A stretch of DNA of 35,675 nt from Chlorokybus atmophyticus (Eukaryota; Plantae; Mesostigma and Chlorokybus algae). The stretch's first letter is position 1; each line of letters begins with the position of its first letter. A model generated the notes under the pieces. That model ran no database searches. It had not been told where the DNA came from and was given only the letters and a program-made list of their open reading frames with translations. Below are positions 13,038-24,958 of the stretch, in pieces. The position numbers and the translations under genes were made by a program. The DNA lies in assembly GCA_009103225.1 (NCBI GenBank), contig RHPI01003536.1, positions 145,195 to 180,869 of the forward strand, given 5' to 3'.

Positions 13038-15113
13038 TCAACTAGCGAGCGCCAAGGAAGGCGCCGCAAACACTCCATTCAATATGTGGGCTAATCGCAC
13101 GCCCGCTTGAGCCAACCGCAGTTGGACCACCGGCCATCTCGTCTGAAAATAGTCATCTGCAATGAACCACATCATGTAACGTGTTGTGCATTATAGTCTT
13201 AGTGTATACAATATATGTCATGGTATACAGTGTACATCATGGTATGCATGAAAACTCACCTCCCAGCACGGCCCCATCTGGTGCGCCCGCATACGCATAT
13301 TTACAAGCCAGATGCACACTTTCTACAGCATACCTATACCAGCAGCAGTACAACTTCACTTCTGTGTTGCAAATGTAGTATGCACCAGCAGATGGAACAA
13401 CGGACACACATATGATACCACACAGCCACTCTTCATAGCACTCACCTTGCTGGACAGACGTATGTATACGGTGCGCGACTGCCACTGCAAAGGTCCCACT
13501 TGCCCACAAAAGGCTCCCAGATACCCTGCAATACGACACAATGATGATGGTCATGGCTGATTAACACACATCGTTGACAATAGAATCATGTAGCATGCAG
13601 TCACCTCGAGTTTTTGCAGCAAGTCTTGTAGAACCAACGCCGGACTGTTGTGAAAGAACTTCTCCTTTGCATGGTCGATGATGCGTTCATCCCAAACCTG
13701 TTGGGTCAGAAGTTGGTGTCACAAGGAATTGATATGGTAGTGTAACTGTGCAACCGATGAAACTGAACAGTCCTGCCAACAACAATGTACCTGATGCAAG
13801 TTGGCCACTCTGCCTTCAAAGTGGACGTGAATAGTGTTGCCGCCGCGGTCAGAAGTAAACGCAACATGAAGGGGCTGTGACAATGGACACACTCTTATTG
13901 GCATTTCTCTTGGGCATTACCACGCAAATACACAATGTACACATACCTGGTGGATGTCACCGACTATGTGTGTGAGAAACATCAAAGCTTGGCTGAGGTT
14001 GACTGCCAAGGCAAGGGACTGTCATTATGTGTTGGAGACATACAATATGTGGATTGGGACAAAGGCAGCTGCTTGTGCTTACAATTGGAGTGCGTTTGTA
14101 GCTGAATGGTGTAATTCCAAATGGCGCCGGCTGCGCATGCGCCTCGCACGCCGTTCGCATAGCAATCCCCTGTGCATGCATGTGCATCCAAAGCCTTACT
14201 ATTTTGGTTGAACACTTCGTAATTCATACAAGGCATCAGCTTTGTGCATGCCTGTGAGTGCAATTACAGTTTACTGTGATCATTATTCGCTCCTATGTGT
14301 ATGAGCGGACAGGCGCTCTTGTTTCAAGTGTGCACATGCGCGCAGTCTTGCTCGCTTGTACAATCATTGTGTGCAGACCTGTGTTGTCAAGTGCAAGTAT
14401 ACACATGCACACTTGTCCATGCACACGATCCTAGATTGTGCCATGCACTGATACCCACTCATGCACCAGTGACGCACACGCCAGCAAACAGACTATTGCC
14501 ACGTGTCCACATTGCTCGTGCATTTCTTACGCGAAGCGTTGTATCCGCACTGGAGGTCCGGCGTGTCAATGAAGTGAAGTGGGTAACTCCACGGCAGGAA
14601 ATCGCGCACGGCATCTGCCCAATTTGCCGCTGCAGCCAGAGACCCTGAACAAATGAAACCAAGCACAACACAGTACCAGTATGAATTGACAACACCGCAG
14701 CAACTATCATGCAAGCAGTAGGTTGATTGCATGCTAACCGTATTTGGTGCTTGCAAGCAGCTGCCTCACTGCAGCAGAGGCTTCATTGCTGAGCTTGTGC
14801 TACAAAACAGGGAGGAGAGAAGAAAGAAAACAACAACAGCGTCAATCACAACATTAAACACAAGGTAACAATGTTTGACCAATCGCACGCACAGCAGCAA
14901 TGGCAGCAAATTCGCATGTGTAGTGTTAAGAGCTGGTCCATGTCCCACAATTCGTGTACAAGTTAATTTGCTGCTCACCGTAGCGATGTCAGCAATGATC
15001 TCATGCCCAATTGGCCCCCAAGCATGGCAGATCGTGCTGGCAGCGAGGAGGAGCACAATCGGTAATAAGAGGCGGCCAGCCACCGATGATGGCGGCGACA
15101 ATGATGACGACAT
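13038..15113 (-). CDS. Secreted S1/P1 nuclease (plant bifunctional endonuclease-like), 10 exons
   Basis: Signal peptide LLLPIVLLLAASTICHA followed by WGPIGHEIIADIA, then AANWADAVR...WSYPLHFIDTPD, CAAGAIWNYT, QALMFLTHIVGDIHQ|PLHVAFTSDRGGN, ANLHQ|VWDERII, YAVESVHLACKYAY, and DDYFQTRWPVVQLRLAQAGVRLAHILN before TGA 13038-13040. All splice phases are consistent. Confidence 0.95.
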
Positions 15114-15449
15114 GCTGCGGGAGGACACACACAAACACACTCAGAAAAACTATAACAAATAAACAATGCAAGCCAAGTAGGGAGTACAACAGCCAGAAGC
15201 TGCACATGAAGCCTGTAGAGGGTAAGACTGAACACTGAAGCAAGCGGGGACATCAAACACGAAATTTCAAACTGACCGTCCCTTCGTCGTCCTCGTCGTC
15301 GTCTGCCTTCCCCTGCCCCCCGTCGTCCTTCGCCGCCGCCGCCGCCGGATATCAGATCTGCAAGACTTATTCAAATTCAAATTTGCACCAGGCTCAAGTG
15401 GTTATCAAGCAGCGGATTACGATATCGTCTTATCACATCAAAGCAGGCG

Positions 15450-15458
15450 TTAGGGTTT
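15450..15458. promoter_or_regulatory. Telo-box (TTAGGGTTT / AAACCCTAA) in the divergent promoter between the nuclease and TFIIA-gamma
   Basis: Exact match to the plant interstitial telomere motif, about 160 nt upstream of the TFIIA-gamma ATG. Function is inferred. Confidence 0.5.
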
Positions 15459-15615
15459 GGAAGCAGTAAAAAATACCGGCGGAAAAAGTGAGCGGCGGCA
15501 TTGGCGGAGGTGTTGGCGGCATGGTGGATGGAGGAGACGTGCGTGTGGCCCTGCGGTGTACATGTCCATGGTAAGTACAACCGGTCAGATTGCAGCGGAC
15601 ACGCTGTGAAGGGGA

Positions 15616-16302
15616 ATGGCGCAATTTGAGCTTTATCGCAAGAGTACGCTGGGGTTGACGCTGACGGATGCCCTGGATGAGATGGTCTCGGCAGGCGTGC
15701 TACCGCCGCAGCTGGCTGTCAAGTTCCTGTTGCAGTTTGACAAGGTCAGGCTTAATTGAAAAACGCTCCCGCGCGATGCTTGCACAATTTCTCGCTAATC
15801 AGTCACAATTAAGCTGCTTGCTTCGAGTCGTGCGTTGGAGAAGTCCGTCAGCAGTTTGTAGAATTTTTAACACTACAATGGTTGGTTTGATTACTTGCCT
15901 GCGTGCCTGAAGTCTAGCAGCTTGCCAAAAGCAGAGATCTGATTGATGATGGTCAGTGACTTTGCTGCTATGCCTGTCACATTGCTGAAACATGGTGGCC
16001 TGCTTGCAGTCCATGAACAACGCGCTAGCTACACAGGTGAAGCAGAAGGTCAACTTCAAGGTCAGTTGAATCATTGATTGCAGCTGGCCAACTATCAAAT
16101 ACCAGTCCGTCGTGCAGCTTTGTTTACGTCCGTTTGAGGAGTTAAATATCTGCATGCGTAGGGTCATTTGCACACGTACAGATTCTGCGATAACGTGTGG
16201 ACTTTCATCCTGGAGAACGCTGTTTTCAAGACTGATTCCGGGAGCATTGTTGCGGACAAAGTGAAGGTTGTTGCCTGTGACAGCAAGATTATCAACCGAT
16301 AA
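15616..16302 (+). CDS. GTF2A2: General transcription factor TFIIA small (gamma) subunit, 3 exons, about 106 aa
   Basis: Exons 15616-15744, 16010-16060, 16162-16302: [24 protein letters not shown]...QFDK|[17 protein letters not shown]|[23 protein letters not shown]...[13 protein letters not shown]. Confidence 0.97.
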
Positions 16303-16485
16303 GCTTGTGGAGGTGACCACCTTTTGCTTGCCAGTGTTGCAGTATACATACGCTTGACACCATAAGTACACCTGTTGCCACAATATTGATGCGGTGTGCT
16401 TGGCTGTTGCAGCATGCGCAATTACCAGTATGCTGATGATATGTTCTGGTCTTCCATTGTCTTGGACATTTGCAGGACTTATATC

Positions 16486-18605
16486 ATGGACCCCGTTGTT
16501 GTGGAGCTTGACAATGGAGATGGGAGGCTGGAGGCACACATGCTGTCCCAGCGTGTTTATGGGAACGGTAGGGTAGCGATAGTGTTGATTGGTGAGAATG
16601 CTCAATTTGTGTTGAGCGAGAAGCTGTCGGCGGAGCAGCTAGGCGAGAATGAGTTCTTTTTCAAGGCAAGTCCCTGGAACCGAGGGCATGTCGTTAGTTG
16701 TAGACACGTGTTACCACATGTACAGACACACAGGTAGCCTTTTCGTTTTCCGTTCTGGTGTTCATACCGATGGTTGTGTGCTTGCAGACTTCGGCTCCAA
16801 ATGAAGGGCTGTTTGAACAGCTTGTACAGAAAGAGATGGTTCAAGTGCTGCGCACTGCAATAGTCAACAATGTGACATATCCAGTGTGTACGTTGACCAG
16901 TGAGTACCCTGCCTGCGGTTCTCTTTGTTATTCAGGCTGTCACAATGCTGCCACCCGCTAGCACATTACCAACACGTGCATCAACAGGCCGTCCTGTTGA
17001 TGAAGCCTGCAATGGTGCTGAGCAGCAGTTGACAGGCCAGTCTACAGCTTTTCCTGTTGAGGCCGGTCAGTCTGGTCAGTCTGTGCTAGCGGAGTTGGAG
17101 CCCAATGTCTTGCTCCACAGCAATGGCGAGCTCAAGGGAGACGACATTGCGGGCTGTCGCCTTAGTGTAGATAGGCATGTTGAAGCAGATTTGTCCGGGC
17201 CGTCATTGCCTGGTGCTAGTGTTCCCGACACTGTAGGTGGTGAGGGGTCGGTAATCCGGGACACGAAGAGAACAGCCTCTACCAACAGTGCAAACGGTGG
17301 CAACCAACAAAATTGGAACTGGAGCGCTGGGATTGAGCATAGGTTGCAGGAGCGTGCAGCCGAGGGTGCTGATGACCACCACCAGTCTTGGCGCCGCCCG
17401 AGCTTGTCAGATTTGCAGAAAGAACCATCTGTGTCCGTGGACTCCGACAATGTGGACTCGTTTAACATTCAAAGCGGAGGACAACCACTGTCAAGTTCAC
17501 AGCGGGGGTTTAAGCTGCTGGAAAAGATGGGCTGGCGCAAAGGAGTGGGCCTCGGCATACGGGAGGATGGACAGCAGGAGCCCATCACCATTGCTGTCAA
17601 GCGCGACCGGTGGGTGGCATTGCCTGTCAATGCTGTTGACCCGACTTGTGTTATGATGTTTGGGTGTAACAATGTATGGTTTGTGCGTGTGCGTGCAGGG
17701 CGGGGCTGCAGTCCTCGTGGAGGGATGTTGCTGATGGCAGTCAGCTATTCAAGGAAGACAACCTTCAGTTGCGGATCTGGCGCTTGTCCAAAAGCCGACA
17801 ACTACTCAATGACTCTACAGGTGTGAGATTGATTCATAACAGCTGATCTGGGTTGCATGTGCACGAGGTGACGCCCACTGTCAACTCTGTTTGTTGTTTG
17901 CATACCCTTGCACACCCTCCTGCGAGCCAGCGGTTGTGGGAATGTTTTGCATGGTGTTTGCTTGCAGAAGCAGAAGCTTCGGAGGATGCGTGGGGCACCC
18001 CCAATCAGCAGGAGTCCAATGGCAGTGCACCTGCTGCACACGCTGTGCTGCTCGCCAAGACGGACAATGAAGTTCCTGACACTTGGGATGCCTTTTCAGA
18101 CAGTCAGGTAAACATGCCTAACAAACCAACATGGCTGTTGTTCACCGCGAACTATGCTTAGAGCCTGTGACCTTCCCGCGCGTTGAACTCGCATCTTCTG
18201 CTGATGGTTGTACTTGTGTGTGGTTGCAGGAGTCTGTCACAGATGAGAGTGCACCTGACATGGCGCTGGCCGAACCATCTGGTGCGCACTTGGCTGCATC
18301 CATCGTGCAAAGCTCACCTCAAGTAGAAGAGTCAAGCGACAATGTTTATGATTTGAGTATGGTGTTGGCGCAGCTCAGGTGTGCTGGCCGTAGTGTGTAT
18401 TGGGGCTGTTGTCGTCGCTGATGGCTGGTTGTTCATATCGATTCGTTGCGTTGTAAACAGGGGCATGGAGGACAATTTTTCGGTTATATTGGATAACGCC
18501 TTGCGTGGAGCAATGGATGCATCCGCTCCAATAGGCGCAAGGGTTCACTCGGGCAGACAGTGGGTCGAAAGGTTGCAGAAAGCGTTGGAGTTGCTGCAGT
18601 TGTAG
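16486..18605 (+). CDS. G-patch domain protein with an unrecognised N-terminal domain, about 7 exons
   Basis: G-patch motif PLSSSQRGFKLLEKMGWRKGVGLGIREDGQQEPITIAVKRD|RAGL across the 17609/17699 junction. Exon 1 is 16486-16665 with an AAG|GCAAGT donor. Later exons splice in phase to TAG 18603-18605. The donor ending exon 2 (near 16882) is uncertain. Confidence 0.75.
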
Positions 18606-20046
18606 TGGCAAGTTGGGGCTTGCAGTCAAAGGCGAGTTGGACACACGTTGAGGTTTGGCACATCTGGAAGCATCAATGCCGTGATGAGAGAAGCTGCTTG
18701 CATACCGTACCTTGTGCACAAACATACAAATAGTCGGATACAAAGAGGGATGGTGCCCTAGCTACCTATGTGCTTGAGTTCTGGTTTGCGATATCACTCT
18801 TTGCGACAACAATTTCATGTACATTATGTGACTCTGTGACACCTCACTCAAGCGGCACGGATTGCTGCTGGCACTCGCTGACAATCTAGTGTAGTAGCTC
18901 GATGCGCTTGCAAGCAGCATGGTGACTCACCATCAGCTACTGCTGCACAGGTAAATGCTAAATGCCTGGGGCTGTGCATGTCGGGGTAGAGCCCATGGAC
19001 ATGGCAATGCACCGCCCGTGGTATACGTATTGGTGTGAAGAGCCCGCAGAGTCTTTGTTAAGAAGTAGCACATATCTTGCAATAACAATCAAAGACCCCT
19101 TGCTCGACCGGTCAACTTTTGCAATGCAAAAACAAAATCCTTGGAAATTTCACCGGTGCTGCTCTGGAAGCCTTTGTGGCACTACGGTATGGTTTGTGCT
19201 TTGCATCTAATGTTGTGGTAACAGGTTGCAACATGGCATTGCGCATATAAACTTGCTGTGTTGCAATGCTGCATATGTCACCCTCTGTGTAGTCAATTCT
19301 TAAATTCACGGGCATGTTGAACCCTAAGCATTACAACAAGGAGTGCAGCAAGCGGTTGCCCATGTCGGCGGGAACTAGGTCGCTGTGGCTTTGCGCAATC
19401 AAGTGTGAATGAAGGATTTCTTTTGGGTGCTGTAGCAATATCACCTAACTGTGATGCTACTGTTGTGATGACTTGTGTTTGTTGGCTTGAGTTGCGTGTG
19501 AGTTTATGCACAGAGGGTAGGAGTAGTGGTCGCAGGGTACGTAGCCGGTGGTCGAACATGTGTAAAGTAGTTGAGTATGTTGTTGACGTGCATGATTGGC
19601 ATGCAATGTGCATCATGTTCAAACGTGTGTGCTGCACTACTGCATGCACGCAATAGCGTCTACGACTTCCTATACACAAGTATCTGCCAGCAAAAACACA
19701 CACGCACATGCGCACACACGTACATGAGTTTGTGCACGGCAATCACCCGCCCAGCATGCCCCATGCAGTGCTGCGCAACTCGCTGACTGTGGCGGATGAC
19801 TATGCCCAAGGCTTGTCATAGACGTAATGCAAAATGCTGGCAAGTGAAGCCGCTACTCGTGCCCTTGCTTGTGCCTGCCTACCCTTCCTTGCCCTCCCTT
19901 ACTCCCTCTGGTTCAGTGCACTTAAGCTTACCTAATGGGCCCCCCACCCAGCATTGTCGTCGTTGCCTTACTTGTGTTATTGTTGAGTGAAGCTGTCAGA
20001 TGCTTGTGCTACTACTGATTGGCCCCACTTGTTGTATCCTATACTG

Positions 20047-21053
20047 TCACCTATAATAATCTGGGGGGTAGAAGCTGAAAGTGGGGCAGTCTCCGATGAG
20101 CCGGCAAGTGGCAATCCCAATGTAAGCGTTATAAGGGTCATCGTCGCAGCATTTGACCTCGCTTTTTGGAGCAAGCCACGAGCAATTGGCATCGGCATTG
20201 TCATCGGATTCATCGCACGTGATGTCGCAGAAGTGCAGTCCGGACTCGGGGTCCAACCGACACACGCCGTCGTGGTTGCAACTGCAAGTGTGTAGGGGCG
20301 GAGAGGTAAGAGGTAATGCTGTTGTTGTTGTTGTTGTTGTTGTTGTGACTTTCTACATGCACACGCACGCGCATGCACACACGCACACACGCTACGTTGT
20401 TGGAGGTCTCTATGGTAATCATGATGTGTACCTTCCCGGGCGGTTGAACTGGGGCGCGTTGGGGTCACAAAGTGTGACGCACGTGAAGTCGCGGCCACAC
20501 GTGCGGTTCTTGTTGTTGCCGCAGTGGCACGTGCCGCAATCGCACTGGCGGCCACATCCGTCGCGTATGACGGGGGCGAGAGGGCCCGGACCGGCGCACT
20601 CCGCCCCACTGCACCTTTGCTCACAAGTCTCGTGATAGGTTTGTGGCGTGCATCCGCACTGGTTTGGCACTCCTCCTGAGCACACGTTGCGTGGGTCAGT
20701 TAGTGCACTTTAGTTGTTCCGTGCAAGCAAGTGTCTGAGCACTTGCGCATAGACTATCCAATGTTTTATACTGCGCGTGCATATGTGTGCGCGCGCAGTA
20801 TGTGAGTGCGTGTGTGTCTGCTCGCGCATGTGTGCGTGGGCAAGCATGCAAATGCAGGTGTGCATGCGTGTGGCCTTTCCCTCAACACACCTCCATAGCA
20901 GACTTCGTTGGAAAACGGTGTTGGCTGGATGCATCCCCCACAATTGATTGCTCCCCCGCACCCATCAAGTCCCGTCCCACACGAGTAGTTCAAAGATTTA
21001 CAACTCACGGGCCCGCAGCCTGGCACACACACCACGCACACACATCAACACCG

Positions 21054-21116
<63 letters not shown>

Positions 21117-21459
21117 ACAATGAGTAGTAGCTGACGTGTGTATGTAGGTGTGCGCATGCGTGCGCTGATAGTTAATGAGCAATAACAAACATGAGAAGGC
21201 AAACGCCACTGCGTTTACACACAGCGTGACTGTGTGCAGTGCCTTTTTCTCCACCCTTGTTAAGCCACATACCTGTGGTTGACGCCACCGCCTCTGCCAG
21301 TCCGACTCTCCCTCTCCCTCTCCCTCTCCCTCCGCCTCCTCCCCCTGCTCCTCCTCCGCCGCCGCCGCCAGATGCACAAGTGTGCAACGCGTAGCCTCTA
21401 GCGCAGGTGACATCCTCTAGGCGCCTATGTATGTCTGCGCCATGCATGCGCCGGCGCAT
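20047..21459 (-). CDS. Cys-rich protein with DGCGG-type repeats; 5' end uncertain
   Basis: Exons 21019-20891, 20675-20432 and 20281-20047 join in phase: GCGPVSCKSLNYSCGTGLDGCGGAINCGGC...CYG|GGVPNQCGCTPQT...DGCGRQCDCGTC...|CNHDGVC...KCCDDD. An upstream Gly/Arg-rich exon ends at the phase-1 donor after 21273. The nearest in-frame ATG is 21459 and no signal peptide follows it. Confidence 0.65.
21065..21114. repeat. (AG)n intronic microsatellite
   Basis: Seen directly. Confidence 0.95.
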
Positions 21460-22044
21460 GCAATAGGCACATCGACTTGTCGAAGTCGACACTCATGTGT
21501 CGATGATAACACCGAAAGTAGCATATATATATAGCTGGGTCATTGTCAATTAGGACTATGACGTTACCAATAGTATCATTGCTTACTGGTCACTACCTAG
21601 TTTTAGGGACGTCCATGATGCGCCAAATTTTGCTACAAGCGCACATACTCCATTATCGTTTATGCCTTTAACGGCGCTTGACTTTACATATGTACAATTA
21701 CAGTGGCTTCACTTTCCCCAAGTACGATAATATATTTTACATTAACCGGTGTTTAGGCCAGTAAACTACATTACAACTTGAACCTTATCCAGCAATGTGT
21801 CAATTGTTAGTGTTTGCAAGGTCAGTTTATATTGCCTTATATGCAAACATAACTCAGCACCAACCAGTGTGTACATGCAGCAGTGGTTTACTGCCATCTG
21901 TGCGACCATGCGCGGCGTGAGTATGCCACCCACGTCAGGGCACATCTAAGGGCCGCCGGACAATTTGCGCTGCCTACTACTCAGCTACCATGCGATGCAT
22001 GACAAAAAGAATTCAAGAATACAAAAAACTTATCTACAAGAGTC

Positions 22045-24712
22045 TTAACTGCNTCCCGGGTACGGTCCCATATTGACTGCGGCGATCAACTTCTTTCGCG
22101 TTGAGTCGTAAAACAACCTGCTTTCATACAACCAGCTCCCGGGTAGGTTGTACAAGTCTTGCGCAACTGAAAAGCCAGAGGGAGAGGGAGACATCAGTGT
22201 GGGGTGGTCAAGTTGTGTCTGCGAAGCGAGTGAGGTGAGGCGAAAATGTTGGCTCACTGTTGGCGAGGGTGCCGATGTCGAAGCGACGGCACGTGTTGGG
22301 TTGGAACCAACTCAATGGCCGTTTCGCCGGCAGTCTGCATTCGGTAATCACCAATTTGCTTTGCGACGTCGGCCATATGAACACGCCCATGGCCGTCGCA
22401 CTCAACTGGCCATCATGCACTGATGCACGTAACACAAACACAGTCATCGGCTGGTAACATGTCTTGGTGGGCACGGTGCAACTTTGTTTTTTTGTGTTGT
22501 CTTATGTCTTGTGTCTTACGTGCATGGCCTACTCGGTACGTTCCGAATATAGCCTCGCCGTCATGCCGAGTGCAGACCAACGCGTCCCCGCCGCACACAA
22601 CAATCTCCACGCTGTCCACAAAAGTGTACATCCCGTTCACCTGGCAGCAGCAAGCACAACACAAGAGTTGCAGTGAGGGCAGTGGCGTCTTGCATAATGG
22701 TAGTAGTAGTAGTCATAGTCGAAGTAATAGCAATAGTAATAATAGTAGTAATTGTAGTCGTAATGGTAATGATAAGGGTGATGATAAATCCAACCTTGAT
22801 GGATTTCCGTGTGGGCACTGTGAGCAGGAGGCGTCCCTTGTAGACAGCACCCTGCTGCAAGCTCCAGATAGGCCCGTCTGCGTTGGATATCGGCAACGTG
22901 GCCACCTGGCAGGAGGGCGCAGCAAGCGACAGCACCGAAAACGGACACCTGCCGGAACATGCAAGTCTGTTGTAGTGCACATAGCCACATATACTATGCA
23001 GTAGGAGTTGCATGCTCTAAACGCACACACACACGCGCACGCGCACCACGCATGTGTTTGCGCGTGTGTGTGCGTGCACGCACACACACGCGTGCACGAT
23101 CTCTCGCGCGCGATTATGATAAGCATACCCATCCACGCACGTACGCACGCACGCACGCATATACAACTTCACTCACCTTGTGACTGTTGTATTGCCATTG
23201 TAGCGCACGAGCGTGGCGAATAGGCGCTTCCCATTGGCTGCCATGAACACCAGTGTCTGGGAGTCGTAGTTGACATTGGCGGGGACGTGGATCATGCGGC
23301 AATCCGTAATCAGGTTGTTGTGAAGGTTGGACTTGAGCGCGCACGATGCGATGGCATATGAGGTTGTTGATGATGCGGTCTCTATTTTCAATTGCACGAA
23401 GACGCGGTCGCTCGCCACGAGGAGAAGCCGCGAACTCACTTGCTGTATTTTGTCATCTGTGAAGCGGGAACACAATACAGCAGTTGGTAACCCGTCAAGA
23501 GAATGTGCGCATGCGCGTGTGCGTGTGCGCGCCTGCATGTGTGCGTGTGCGTGCGTGTGCGCGTGTGAGTTACCATTTGGGAGTGCTGTGCGGAATTCCA
23601 GCAGGTGGCAGTTTGTAAGATTCGCGCGGGAGCAGCGCACCACATTTGTGGGTTCGCTTCCCGGCACCCATGGGACACTCAGATTCTTATACTGCACTTC
23701 GAGCAGCAAATACCCCTTACAGGACGCAGTGTTTTCCAACACCTTCAGCACTGAAACCGAGTAGGCAAATACACGTCAGTTGTCAAAACCACCACCACCA
23801 CCACCACCATCACCACCACAACAACAACAACAACAGCAAACGCAAAAGCACAAGCAACAACAACAACGGCGACAACGGCGGCAACAACGACAGCAGCAGC
23901 GACCGAAACACCAGCAACGCCACCGAAGATGACATCAACATCAACATCAACACCAACACCAACACGTCCATAGCAGTAACAACCGCATAGTACCTTCAAT
24001 GCCGGCCAGCGAAGCCGTCTGCACCACGCAGCCCGTTCCGTCTGTGTCGCAGTCCGCGGTGGTTGTGTAGCCCTCGTAGGTGCGGGTTGCAACGCTCAGG
24101 TACGCGCGGCCGTGTGTAGCGTGCATGATCGGGAAGGCTTGGTTGTCGGTCTTACGGAGATGTATGTCGAGGGGCTTGCCAGCGACTGGGGTTATGAGAG
24201 TTGTAATCAGCAAAGCGTGAGTGTTTGACTTGTCGGCAAACCCACACATGTTGGCGGATGCTTGTGCGTGCACGTGGGCGGTAGACTGTCACAAGGCTTC
24301 AGTGCATGTGCCTGAGCAGGGGTCACACGCGCAAACCTCTGTACACCCACACCCACACCCACTTTGAAACCCCCTCTCTCACAGACACATGCACGCCCAC
24401 CTGTAGTGAGTTCTTTTGCTGTGACGCTGGGCGGGCCGGTACCATTGCGGTCGCAGGCTGTTGTTGTTTATTGTTTCCACCAGCAGGCAATAGACACAAC
24501 AGTCAGCAGCCAACACATTCCCCCGAGAAACTTGTGCTGGTGCATGCCAACAACCAGCCAAGAGCAAAAACAACAGTGAACCGAAGGCCATGCACAGCAG
24601 TGAAAAGCACACACATCAGCTCACCATGCAAGCTGAAGTCAACGGCGGCCGTGGCCAGGATGAGCATATGCACCATCAGAGCCATAACCATGACAGCACG
24701 CCGGCGCGCCAT
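22045..24712 (-). CDS. Hypothetical secreted beta-rich protein with repeated Cys pairs
   Basis: Signal-peptide-like first exon 24712-24625 (MARRRAVMVMALMVHMLILATAAVDFSLH). Phase-consistent exons follow: VAGKPLDIHL...ADCDTDGTGCVVQ; VLKVLEN...VVRCSRANLTNCHLL; DDKIQQ...IASCALKSN...DCRMI; SICGY...RKSIK; VNGMYTF...; LHDGQL...ITECRLP...NTCRRF; IAQDLY...LFYDSTRKKLIAAV; TAA 22045-22047. An extra exon near 24400-24550 is possible. Confidence 0.6.
22695..22793. repeat. Degenerate (TAG)/(TAA) trinucleotide tract (intronic)
   Basis: Seen directly. Confidence 0.85.
23787..23962. repeat. Compound (CAC)n/(AAC)n/(AACATC)n low-complexity tract (intronic)
   Basis: Seen directly; it produces the poly-H/N/V pseudo-ORFs. 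Confidence 0.85.
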
Positions 24713-24958
24713 GTTCACCATCATCGCCACCATGACCATGCACGCCACCCACAATGTGATAAGCATACACTCACACTCTCAACTACTGTATGCAGTGTAC
24801 AGGTGACCCGTACGATACGGGCCGTACCAGGCAAGCAAGTCGAACATGGCTGGAAGCGTGCGCAAAAAGGCGGGGCAATGCTAAATTGCAACCTATTCAA
24901 AAAGGGTTTGCTAACGTAGTAGCTTGGTATCTTCTTCTTCCACCTGGTACTCACTGCA

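Noticed and set aside
15521-15574. 17-codon uORF upstream of TFIIA-gamma
   Set aside because: The TSS is unknown, so it may not be transcribed, and short ORFs like this arise by chance.
24590-24919. His-rich plus-strand ORF (EHMHHQSHNHD...HVHHHRHHDH), tempting as a nickel chaperone for urease
   Set aside because: It is the antisense of the Met/Val-rich signal-peptide exon at 24712-24625 and has no UreE, UreG or HypB motifs.
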